Shown here: positions 9,062 to 18,600 of the stretch, one piece after another
Numbering within the stretch: position 1 is the first letter of the stretch
How the letters are laid out: every line of letters starts with the position of its first letter
NCBI GenBank assembly: GCA_964413095.1
Contig: CAYPRJ010000002.1
Span: 563 to 64,562 of the forward strand
Length of the DNA stretch: 64,000 nucleotides
Source: Candidatus Woesearchaeota archaeon
GTDB taxonomy: Archaea > Nanobdellota > Nanobdellia > Pacearchaeales > GW2011-AR1
Direction of reading: 5' to 3'
The notes under the pieces: model-generated
What the model was told of the DNA's origin: nothing
The model's database searches: none
Seen by the model: only the letters and a program-made list of their open reading frames with translations
Translations under genes and position numbers: made by a program

Positions 9062-10912
9062 TTATTTTCCAATTTCTTTTAATTTTTTAAGAACACTATT
9101 GAATTCTTCAGAAGATTTTGGCTTTGTGGGAGGTCCTCTTTGTGGTGGTTTTTGTCCTGGGATTATTTTTCTTGGAACAGGTCTTCTTTGTGGCTGAGAT
9201 GGAAAGCCTGGGGGAGGTCTTGGTCCTGGTCTTGATGGGCCTGATTTTCCTTTACCTTTACCTTTTCCAAATTTAGATTTAAGTTTAAACCATAAAGGTC
9301 TTAATTTATCTTTAAAGACTATTCCTAAGACAACTAAAACAATTAAAATTCCTAAAATTATAATCCAGATATATCCTCCTTTTTTTGTTTTTTTAACACA
9401 ACAAATATCAGTGCTAATTGAACATTCTTTAGCAGATTCTTCTTCATCATCTAAACATTGAGAAACTCTGCAGGTTCCGCCAATAAGTTCACAATCTGAA
9501 ATCTCTGGTTCTTCTTCAACATCTTCGCATGTTCCTCCTATACAACAAACTTGACCATATTTTAAATCTGAAACATCAATTGTTGTTCCGTCAGAACATT
9601 CTTGGTCTGAATCACAAACTTCTCCTCCTTGAGCTGAACAGGTTTCTAAAGTTTTTTCTTCACTACAACAAACATAAGTTCCTGTACAAAAATATTCATT
9701 AAGAACATTTCCTTCAACTTCATTACAACTCATACTTGACATACAATAATAACCAGCATCTTCACAATCCACACCTTCTACATCTGGAGAAATAATTCTT
9801 GGGTCAATAGAGTATAATAAAAAAGCTGTGTTTCTTACATTATTATTGTCCCAGCATCCTTCTGAAGTTTGAACTCCATCACTCAAAAGCCAATCAATTG
9901 AATTTGTTTTTTCTACAGGATTTTCATATTGAAAAGGCATTAAAGCCAAAGCAGTATCATAGTATTTATCTCCTGATTTTTCCCAGTAATATTGTTCATT
10001 AACTTGTTTTTGTAAATTTAAAAGTTCTGAACAATAATCATCTGTTAAAGCGCATAAAAAAGCTTCAGGAAGATATTGCTTATTTGAACTGTCATCTGCC
10101 ATAGTTATTAAATAAGGCAAATAAGAAGATACATCATTTCCTAAAGAATCTAAAACTAAAGCTGCCCATAAACTTGCTTCATAATCGCAACTTCCGTCTC
10201 CAAAACAAAAAGAATTTACTTCTTCAACAACTGTTCCTTCTGGAGATGCAGAGCTTGTTTTTCCTGAAACATAAATTGTATCATCATTAGTTTTTTTGTA
10301 TAGAAGGTTTGTTGAAAAAGATTCATCGCATGAAATTGAAAAATTATTATTATAGCAATTAGAATCAGAATTAATAATATTTAACCAGTAATACTTATTA
10401 GATATTCCTGCTCCTGAAGGACTTAAACAAACCATGCTTTCTGCTCCTGATACTGTTTTGTCTTCATTTACTGTTACAGTTCCTTCTGTTGAATCATAAT
10501 TTATTGTGCATGTAGTTCCTTCTGAAGCAGAAGTGTCAATTTGTAAATACCAGTTTAATTCAGAAGGTGTTTCTTTTTGTTCTAAAAGCCATGACTCTGC
10601 ATCGCTTGTTGAGATGCCTGCATTATCTAAAGCTAAAGCTGCTTGTGCAGTTTTTTTAATATCAGTATCTTTAATATCAGTATCAGACATATAATTAGAA
10701 TCAGCAAGAACTTCTGACTCGCATTTTCCTGTTGCTAACAAAGAAAAAATTTGTCCTTCTGTTGATAAACCAGAGCAGCCCCCGATTTTATCATTTAAAC
10801 AAGAATATGCTTTATCAAGTTTTTCACTATCTGTAGTTTGATTTTGAGCTGCGACAAAAGATAGAGATATGATTATAAGAATCAAAACCCCAAAGAACAT
10901 TCCTCTTTTCAT
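9062..10912 (-). CDS. membrane-anchored Cys-rich surface protein; ectodomain possibly alpha/alpha-toroid (prenyltransferase/terpene-cyclase-repeat-like); Pro-rich cytoplasmic tail
   Basis: Signal peptide; repeated helical-pair-like segments (AQAALALDNAG, SLWAALVLDSLG, YDTALALMPF, NTAFLLYSI). Three C-terminal Cys modules end in CC (e.g. CSAQGGEVCDSDQECSDG...VCCIGGTC). A TM segment and then a GKGKGK/Pro-rich tail follow. Confidence 0.5.
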   Translation of the reverse strand: MKRGMFFGVLILIIISLSFVAAQNQTTDSEKLDKAYSCLNDKIGGCSGLSTEGQIFSLLATGKCESEVLADSNYMSDTDIKDTDIKKTAQAALALDNAGISTSDAESWLLEQKETPSELNWYLQIDTSASEGTTCTINYDSTEGTVTVNEDKTVSGAESMVCLSPSGAGISNKYYWLNIINSDSNCYNNNFSISCDESFSTNLLYKKTNDDTIYVSGKTSSASPEGTVVEEVNSFCFGDGSCDYEASLWAALVLDSLGNDVSSYLPYLITMADDSSNKQYLPEAFLCALTDDYCSELLNLQKQVNEQYYWEKSGDKYYDTALALMPFQYENPVEKTNSIDWLLSDGVQTSEGCWDNNNVRNTAFLLYSIDPRIISPDVEGVDCEDAGYYCMSSMSCNEVEGNVLNEYFCTGTYVCCSEEKTLETCSAQGGEVCDSDQECSDGTTIDVSDLKYGQVCCIGGTCEDVEEEPEISDCELIGGTCRVSQCLDDEEESAKECSISTDICCVKKTKKGGYIWIIILGILIVLVVLGIVFKDKLRPLWFKLKSKFGKGKGKGKSGPSRPGPRPPPGFPSQPQRRPVPRKIIPGQKPPQRGPPTKPKSSEEFNSVLKKLKEIGK

Positions 10913-10964
10913 AAAAAGAATTAGTAATTCTAGTTTTTAAAATTTGTTATGAAAACAGTCTAAG

Positions 10965-13817
10965 TTATTTTCCAGATTTTTTGAATTTTCCTAAGACATA
11001 ACTAACAGGATTTTTGTATCTCAATTCTTCTTCTGTTGGCTGAATTCCTATTCCTTTATAATAATCTTTGTCATAATTTGGGGGAGGAATGATTTTATTT
11101 CTATAAGCCCATGAAAACTGGCTTTTTATATAACCTTGATTCAGAGGAACTTCGTTTTTGCTATTCCAAGAGTAAATTCTTTTTTCCATTTCATCTTTTT
11201 CCATACCAATACTTCTAAAAAAATTAATTAAAATAAACAAAGCTCTTTTTCTTCCATCTTTTACTCCTTGCAATATTTTTTTAATTGAAGGGGGAAAATG
11301 ATTTTCAGACAGATTTTTAATCTGGACTGGTTTAAAATCACGCTCTTCTTTTGGAATTTCTTCTTTGTTATTTTCTTTATACCAATCTAATGCTTGGATT
11401 AAAAGTTCTTGTGCTTCTCCTTTTTCAGATTCTGGCATAAAATTTTTTATTTCCACTCTTAATGGATTAGCATCTCTCATTTCAAAATTTTCAATAGCCT
11501 CTTCTGTTGGCTGTACAACAATACTTGCTAAAGTAGTTTTTTCATGCAAAGAATAAGGAGCTCTGAATAAATGTCTCGGAGCAACTAAAACTAAATCCAG
11601 TCCCATCAACTCAAAAATATCTGTTTCAATATGTCTTGAAAAATTATCTGGTTGACTGTCTGAGCTAATTTCACAATTTCTACATTCATAAATTGTTTTT
11701 GTTTTATTTGTTTCAATTTCAAGAGATATTCCGCAATCAGGACACCTATATTTTTTATTTGTATCTAAATTTTTAGGAATTTTTCTTATTTCTTCTCTTT
11801 GGCATCTTGGACATTTGAAATGTTTCTCCAAAAATTCTTCGGCAATTTCTCCGCAATTATTGCATTTTTTTCCTTTTTTTAATTGTGTATCTTTAAATTG
11901 AGATTCAAAATTTTCAGGAAGCATTTTTTTCATTTCTTTTTCAGATTCTTGTTTAATATAAGAAATTATTTTTCTTGGCAACTCAGGAAATAAATCGCTT
12001 GTTTTTTCTCCTCCAACTTCTTCAGGAAAAGAGTTCCATGGAATTAAAATATGAAACCCCTTCGAACCTGAATTATGTAATAAAACAGGTGAGTAATTTC
12101 CAAAAAAAGATTCAGTATTCTCTACAGAAACATCATAAACCCTTTCTTTTTCTTTTTTTTCTGTTTCTTTAACTTCTACAACAGATATCTCAGAACTAAA
12201 CAATTCCTCATAATTAGAAATGATTTTTTTTGAATTTTCACTAAATTTCTTTTCATTATAATTTTTAAACCAGTTTAAAACCTTTCTAATTCTGTTCAAG
12301 TTTGCTCTTTTCTTTTTTAATGTCATTTGTTCTTTCCTATGATAATTAAACATTTTTGGTTTGATTTGTTTATAAACTTCTTTTAATCCATCTGTAGGGA
12401 AAATCTTACTTCCGGAATAAGGAGAAAATTTGTTTCTTTTTCTATTGAATTCAATATCTTCAAATTCTGATTTGGGGATTTTTAACATATAAACAAAACT
12501 TCCCTTAAAATAATCTCCTTGAGGAAGTTTATGTGGCTTGTTTTGTTCTGAAGATAAATTACAGGAAATATTATTTAGTTTACAAAGCCAGATAAATTCT
12601 GTTATTAATTTTTTTGAAACAGATTTTGCCACAATTTCATATTCTCCTATTTTATAACCATCTCCTCTTATGTATCCTTTTAATAATTCTAAAAATAATT
12701 CTTTTGAAGAGGTCCATGTAAAACCAGGGACATGTTTATTCTTCTTTTTTCCACAAAAATCATCAAAAAAAGACGCCCATTCTTTTGAGTGGATTAGAAT
12801 TTGAGTAGAACTAGGATTTGGATGTCTTATAGAAATTTTTTTCATAGTAATTTCATTTAATAAACTCTTAACATCTTCTATGTATTCTTTTTCATTTTTA
12901 TTAAAAGAAAATCCAACTTGGTTAATTATATTTGTGACATGTCCTTCAGCTAAAAAATATCCCAGAAGTCTCATTAAATCTTTGCTTAATTTGATTTTTT
13001 TTGTAGTTGGTTTTTCTAAAGAATGTTGGTTTTTCTTCATAACAAATTTATTTGTAACAAAATTATTCTTTTGAGCAAAAGGATTTTCAAAAGAATTATA
13101 TGAAACAAGAAAATCTCCTTTTTTTATGTCTGTAACTTTCTTTTCAACTATCTCTCCTTTATTCCAAACAAATACAGAATGGTGTCTAGTTGCTTTTAAA
13201 GGAATTGTGCTTTGAGAATGGGTTATTTCATAAACCGTGTCCTTATGTTCCAAAAAATCATAAACTCTTGAAAATTTTAGCTTTTTGTTTTTATCTAAAG
13301 AGAGAACATCTAGTTTCTCTCCTTTTTTTAGCAATTCTATTACATCAGTTATTGGCAACAAAGAAATTTCTTTTTTGTTTCTAATTAGAATAGGAGTATC
13401 TCCGGAAACACTAAATTTGACCCCCAGATTCTCTATTCCGTGTTTTTTTAGAAATCTTATAATTGCCTGTGTTGCTTTTTTACTATAATCAAAATATTTA
13501 CAATCAATATCTATTAATAAATCCCAGCCAATTCTTAATTCATTTAATTTTGCTCTTGAAATTCCTGTTTGAATTTGCAAAGCGTCTGACCAAATCTCTT
13601 CACTGCAGTGAAAAGAAGTTGCTCCTTTTTTTGCAAGTTCAAAAATATCTGCAGGATATTGGAAAGAATCTGGGCGAGAGCCAAAACCTTCAAAATATCT
13701 TGGAACAACTTCACGATTCTGACAAAAAGAAAAAATTGCTTTTTGTATATCTTTTCTAGAATAATAAAGATTTGTTATGCTTCTAATCCTATTTTCTTTC
13801 ATACTTCTTGAATCCAT
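10965..13817 (-). CDS. priS: DNA primase: PriS catalytic domain fused to a PriL C-terminal-like helical domain, interrupted by an intein
   Basis: GWDLLIDID is the catalytic acidic motif. GVKF|...|SGSKGFHILIPW is restored to FSGSKGFH once the intein is removed. Zn-ribbon CxxC pairs, RAPYSLHEKT and a C-terminal NHFPPSIKKILQG..GRKRALFILINFF resembling the PriL-CTD FPPC block are present. First ATG is at 13817; the track start at 13835 is TTG. Confidence 0.8.
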   Translation of the reverse strand: MDSRSMKENRIRSITNLYYSRKDIQKAIFSFCQNREVVPRYFEGFGSRPDSFQYPADIFELAKKGATSFHCSEEIWSDALQIQTGISRAKLNELRIGWDLLIDIDCKYFDYSKKATQAIIRFLKKHGIENLGVKFSVSGDTPILIRNKKEISLLPITDVIELLKKGEKLDVLSLDKNKKLKFSRVYDFLEHKDTVYEITHSQSTIPLKATRHHSVFVWNKGEIVEKKVTDIKKGDFLVSYNSFENPFAQKNNFVTNKFVMKKNQHSLEKPTTKKIKLSKDLMRLLGYFLAEGHVTNIINQVGFSFNKNEKEYIEDVKSLLNEITMKKISIRHPNPSSTQILIHSKEWASFFDDFCGKKKNKHVPGFTWTSSKELFLELLKGYIRGDGYKIGEYEIVAKSVSKKLITEFIWLCKLNNISCNLSSEQNKPHKLPQGDYFKGSFVYMLKIPKSEFEDIEFNRKRNKFSPYSGSKIFPTDGLKEVYKQIKPKMFNYHRKEQMTLKKKRANLNRIRKVLNWFKNYNEKKFSENSKKIISNYEELFSSEISVVEVKETEKKEKERVYDVSVENTESFFGNYSPVLLHNSGSKGFHILIPWNSFPEEVGGEKTSDLFPELPRKIISYIKQESEKEMKKMLPENFESQFKDTQLKKGKKCNNCGEIAEEFLEKHFKCPRCQREEIRKIPKNLDTNKKYRCPDCGISLEIETNKTKTIYECRNCEISSDSQPDNFSRHIETDIFELMGLDLVLVAPRHLFRAPYSLHEKTTLASIVVQPTEEAIENFEMRDANPLRVEIKNFMPESEKGEAQELLIQALDWYKENNKEEIPKEERDFKPVQIKNLSENHFPPSIKKILQGVKDGRKRALFILINFFRSIGMEKDEMEKRIYSWNSKNEVPLNQGYIKSQFSWAYRNKIIPPPNYDKDYYKGIGIQPTEEELRYKNPVSYVLGKFKKSGK
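12072..13412 (-). mobile_element. intein (447 aa) with LAGLIDADG homing endonuclease domain, inserted in the PriS FSGxKGFH motif
   Basis: Block A SVSGDTPILI has Ser at position 1. LAGLIDADG motifs are LLGYFLAEGHV and LLKGYIRGDGY. Block F is VYDVSVENTESFF and block G is VLLHN, followed by Ser+1. I verified both junction codons against the nucleotide sequence. Confidence 0.85.
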
Positions 13818-13901
13818 ATAAAATGAACTTAACAAAAGTTTAAATAAATACCTTACTTTAAATACAATAATGCTTAAAAAACAGATGATGTTTTTAAAAA
13901 G

Positions 13902-14627
13902 ATGTTAATAAAATTAAATAGTCCTGGACTGCTAATCAAACCAATTGAATTGATTTCTGAACTTGTTTTAGAAGTTAGAATAAAAGTTAATGAGAAAGGA
14001 ATGAGCATTACTGCAATAGACCCTGCAAATGTTGCGATGATTAGTTTTACTCTTCCAAAATCATCTTTTAGTCAGTTTGAAGCAGATAATGAAGTTTTAG
14101 GAGTAAATTTAGAAAATTTAAAACAAATATTAAGGCGTTGCGGGACAGCAAGTTCACTTATTTTAGAAAGAAAAGAAAATGTTTTGAAAATCCAAATAGA
14201 AGATAGAATAAGAAGAAATTTTAGTTTAACTTTAATTGATGTTGAATCAGAAGACAAAGAAATGCCAAAATTAGAATATAGTTCAAGAGTAGAAATTAAT
14301 TCACTAGATTTAATTGCTTCAATAGAAGATTGTGCTGTTGTTTCAGATGCATGTTCTTTTGTAATTCAAGATGAGAAATTTATAATAGAAGCTAAAGGTT
14401 TAAATTCTGCAAAAAGTGAATTTTCTAGCGATGAAGCAAAAATAGAAGCAGAAAATTGTAAATCAAAATACAGTTTAGAGTATCTGCAAAAGTTCATAAA
14501 AGGTTCAAAGTTTGCAGAAAAAACAATCTTAAATTTTGCAGAAGACCATCCTTTAGAAATGAATATTAAAACAAATGATTTAGAATTAAGTTTTATTCTT
14601 GCACCAAGAGTTGAGACCGAAGACTAA
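13902..14627 (+). CDS. pcn: DNA polymerase sliding clamp PCNA
   Basis: 241 aa; AIDPANVAMISFTLP, LGVNLENLKQILRR and the C-terminal LSFILAPRVE match the archaeal PCNA pattern. It is divergent from the primase gene. Confidence 0.9.
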   Translation: MLIKLNSPGLLIKPIELISELVLEVRIKVNEKGMSITAIDPANVAMISFTLPKSSFSQFEADNEVLGVNLENLKQILRRCGTASSLILERKENVLKIQIEDRIRRNFSLTLIDVESEDKEMPKLEYSSRVEINSLDLIASIEDCAVVSDACSFVIQDEKFIIEAKGLNSAKSEFSSDEAKIEAENCKSKYSLEYLQKFIKGSKFAEKTILNFAEDHPLEMNIKTNDLELSFILAPRVETED

Positions 14628-14644
14628 CGCGAAGGAGAAACTTA

Positions 14645-14699
<55 letters not shown>

Positions 14700-14797
14700 T
14701 ATACTGAACGTTGATATGAGTTGAGGTTTAGCGATTTAAGTATCTAAGGATATAAAAATCACTTGTCTAAGTAGAAGATTAAATATTTTAAAAAAAG

Positions 14798-14804
14798 TTT
14801 ATAA
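14798..14804 (+). promoter_or_regulatory. putative archaeal TATA box (AAAAAGTTTATAAG) for cassette A
   Basis: TTTATAA lies 23 nt upstream of the ATG at 14827, with an A-rich BRE-like 5' flank. The same arrangement occurs at cassette B, implying a near-leaderless transcript. Confidence 0.45.
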
Positions 14805-14826
14805 GTGAGTATGTGTTAGTAAAGTC

Positions 14827-15639
14827 ATGAAAAGAGGGATTTTTAACAGAGGACAAATAACTATTTTTGTAATTATTGCCCTGATTATTGTTGCTGTTGT
14901 AGTTTTGTTTTTATTTCTAAGAGGAGGAACTACTACAAAAATTGGTGGAGGGATTACAGAAGCAGATTCTGAAAGTTTTATGAAAACTTGTCTTGAAGAT
15001 AAAGTTAGAGGAGGAATTGGGATTATTTCTAATCAAGGGGGATATATTGAACCTGTTTTATACAAAGGAATTTGGTTTGATGAAGAAGGTCCAATAGATG
15101 TCTCTTATTTATGTTATACTAAGGAGGATTATGTCCCTTGTATAAATCAAGAACCATTATTAATTAAACACATACAAGATGAAATAAAAGATTACATTCA
15201 AGAAGATGTTGAAGAATGTTTTAAGAATCTGAAAAAAAGTTTAGAAAAAGGAGGTTATACAACTGAAGGAGAACTTGATAATTTTGATATTAAAATAAAG
15301 CCACAAGGTGTTATTATTGAAATAAACTCTGAACTTGTACTAACAAAAAGTGGAGAAACTTCAAGAAAAGATGGTTTTGAAATTACCTTTAAAAGTGGAT
15401 TTTATAATATAATAGAATTTGTTAAAGAAATTATTAAATTAGAACAATCAATGAGTAATTTTGATTATGCTACCCATATGGCAATATCCCCTAACTTTGA
15501 TATAAAAAGAATTACAACAAGTGATTTGTCAAAAGTTTATACTATTAAATCCCAAAAAACACAGAAGGTCTTTAGGTTTGCTGTTAGAGGAAGGGTAATA
15601 CCTCCTGGCTGGGGAATAACTTTAGAAGAGGAAGAATGA
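14827..15639 (+). CDS. cassette A, gene 1: pilin-like protein with class III (type IV pilin-type) signal peptide, 4 conserved Cys
   Basis: N-terminus MKRGIFNRGQITIFVIIALIIVAVVVLF (R-G-Q followed by a hydrophobic stretch). Paralog of 20278-21105, sharing QGG.IEP, YLCYT..YVPC..Q.PLL..HI..EIK.YI.EDV..CF..LKK and PPG[WY]GIT. Confidence 0.6.
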   Translation: MKRGIFNRGQITIFVIIALIIVAVVVLFLFLRGGTTTKIGGGITEADSESFMKTCLEDKVRGGIGIISNQGGYIEPVLYKGIWFDEEGPIDVSYLCYTKEDYVPCINQEPLLIKHIQDEIKDYIQEDVEECFKNLKKSLEKGGYTTEGELDNFDIKIKPQGVIIEINSELVLTKSGETSRKDGFEITFKSGFYNIIEFVKEIIKLEQSMSNFDYATHMAISPNFDIKRITTSDLSKVYTIKSQKTQKVFRFAVRGRVIPPGWGITLEEEE

Positions 15640-18600
15640 TGTTAAAAAAAAGTCTAAAAAAGAAAAAGGAAATGACTTTAATAGCTGTGGTAATATTTCA
15701 GATTTTTTTATTGGCAATGTTAGTTCCTGCAAATAGTTATTCAATTAATCAAATCACTAATTCAAAAAATTCAATTTCTGAAAAAGAAAAAAATGATAAA
15801 CATTTGTTGGGAAATTTAGGTAATTTTTTAATTAATTTAATTTCAATAAAACAAATAGGGACTGTTTCTGCAGAAACAACTTATTGTTGTGAAAAAAGAA
15901 AAGACGGTGAAGGAGGAGGATGGTGTATTGCTGTAGATGATTCCTCAAAGTGTGATGGTGAATATGGGTCTTCTCCTACATCTTGTGAATCAACTTCATA
16001 TTGTAAACTTGGAGTTTGTGTTTATGAAGAAACTGGAGAATGTACTTCTAATTCTATAAAAGCAGCTTGTGAAGAGGAAGGAGGAATTTGGGAAGATGGA
16101 ACAAGTGAAGAAGTTGATAAATGCAAAACAGGATGCTGCACACTTAATGACGGAACTGAAAAGAAATTTGTAAGCAAAGTTAAATGTGATTATTTGGGTG
16201 GAGATAGTTTTGATACTTCTGTTGCTCAAGGAGATTGTGTTATTTCTTCACAAGATATGGGAGCTTGTGCTCTTGATAATAATGGATGCGAATTTGTCAC
16301 AGAAGAAACTTGTGATGAATATGATGGCATTTATTATCATGGATATTTATGCACTCACCCAGATTTAAATACAATTTGTAAAAAACCGGAAGACAAGAGT
16401 GATATAGAAACTGTCTGTTATGAAGGAAGAGTTCATTTTATAGATAGCTGTCAACAAATAGCAAATGTTTATGATATGAACAAATGGAATAAGGAAAGTT
16501 ATTGGGAAACTTTTATGGACCCTTCCAGTAGTAGTATTTGTGGCAGTGATGAAAATGAAGGAAACATAAAGGATGATGCATGTGGAAATTGTAAGTATCC
16601 TTACTTAAGTATCTGTACAGATGCTGATGAAGTTGAAGATGCAAGCCCTGAACAAGGAAATTATATTTGCAAGGATTTAAGTTGTGGGGAAGTTGATGGA
16701 GAAGTTAGGAATAATGCAGAGTCATGGTGTGTTTTTGAGAATTATGTTGGAACTTTTACAAAAGAAACTACTCCTACAAATGAGGGGATAGAGTTAGATA
16801 CAAATGACGCATTAGGATTACGGGAAAGGCAAGCGATTTGGAAGGCATTAGTGACCTTAGAACATAAGTTTTCTAGTTGGGAAAATGCCAGAGATAGCAA
16901 ACATCAGTATCCTGGTGGTGCAATGGTTAGTAAATGGATAAATTGGTTGGAAGATTCTGAAGAGAATGGGGGAGTCGGTTTTACTGAGGGAACTGGAAAG
17001 GCATTTATGGAAAAGGCAATACAAGAAAAAACAGCGATTCTTCCTGAGAATATGAGTTTCAGTGCTGATACTGTTGGAAGTTCTCACTGGATAAAAACTT
17101 GTTCTAATGGAGAAGTAATAACTGAACCTTGTGGAGGTAATTCTTACAGAGGGAATATTTGTGTTGATATGACTGATGAAGGTAGTAGTTTTTCAGAAGC
17201 TAAATGTGTTGTAAATGATGGCTATGAATGTTTAAGACTTAATGAAGAACTAGAGCCTTATGAATGGACTGAAAAAGGAGAATCAATGATTAATCCAGAA
17301 GAAACAAAAGCAAAAAACAAAGAAATTTGTGAGGAAAATATTGATTATCCAAATTGCAGACTTCAATCAATAGCTACTGACTATTATTTCTTATTTGATG
17401 TTTGTGTTCCTGAATTTCCAATGGGACTCGGGTTTTGGGATACAACAGAAGAAACAATGAATGGCATATGTTCAATTGCAACTACTACATGCACAACAAC
17501 TTGGGAAAGAGGATTTGACAGAAAATGGAGTTGTATTGGAAATTGTGGTTGTTTGAGCCAGGAATTTGCAAATCAAATGAATGACCTTTGTGTTTCTTTA
17601 GGAGATTGTGGAGGTTATATTAATTATAATAAAGATTATACTGGAAGTGTAAAAGATGGATTTGAAACTTTTGATATTTCTGTATTAGAGGGTACTAGAC
17701 CCAAACATATTTTAAAAGAATATGGGCAAGAATTTACTGCTGATGGAGACATAAGTGAAGCAAGAAAAGAAATATATGAAGGAATAATAGGAAAGACTGA
17801 GGATAATAGAGAATCAAACTTACCTTCATTAAATGCCGCACAAAAAGCTATCATCGAGGAAATATCAGCGCAAATTGGAGAAACTGAAAAAGAATTTTTA
17901 AGTCCTTGGAAATTGGTTGGAGCGGGAGCAGCTGTTGCCGCAGCTATAACAGGGGCCATAATAACTACTGCTATAGTTGCCGCAGTTCCAGGCCTAACTA
18001 TAGCTTTTAGCATAACTGCTGCAACTTTAAGCGCTATTACTGGAGGATTATATACTGCATTAACTGGAACTCTTGCAGCAACTGCAGCATCCACTGCTCC
18101 AGTTCCTTTTATAGGATGGTTTATTGCAGCTGCTGCTGCACTTACTGCTGCATTCATAGCTCTTTGGACATTCATTGGAGGAGTAGGAGATACAAAAGAA
18201 GTTGAAGTTGAATTTGAATGTAATGCATGGAAAGCCCCACAAGCAAGTGAAGAACAATGTGAATTGTGTAACAATGACCCAGACGGACTTCCATGCAATG
18301 AATACAGATGTCATTCATTAGGAGAAGGGTGTAGAATAATAGGAGAAGATGAGTTATATGAAAATGAAACAACTGTTTGTTATTATGCTGGAGAAGGGGA
18401 TAATACTGCTCCATATATCATGAAGGACTCTATTGAAGGGGATTATCAGTTTATAACAGATAATCTTCCAGAAAATGTAGATTTACAGATTAAAAAATCA
18501 AATACAGAATGCATACAAGAAAATTCCAAAATTAGTTTTAAATTAAAAACAACAGATGGTGGTGGCGGGGAAGATGAATATGCTGTATGTGCTTATAATT

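Noticed and set aside
9065-9120. A WH2-like actin-binding motif reading of the C-terminal SEEFNSVLKKLKEIGK that follows the Pro-rich tail.
   Set aside because: LKKL in a Lys-rich AT-biased proteome is expected by chance, and no actin homolog is evident in the window. It is too speculative to report as a call.
17636-18298. Long antisense ORFs inside the giant gene: 220 aa on the minus strand here, plus 18060-18314 and 18172-18414.
   Set aside because: They lie exactly opposite the Gly/Ala/Thr-rich, GC-richer segment of the 1378-aa gene. Their products are low-complexity mirrors (Ala/Val/Pro runs), and they lack independent start or promoter context. These are shadow ORFs.
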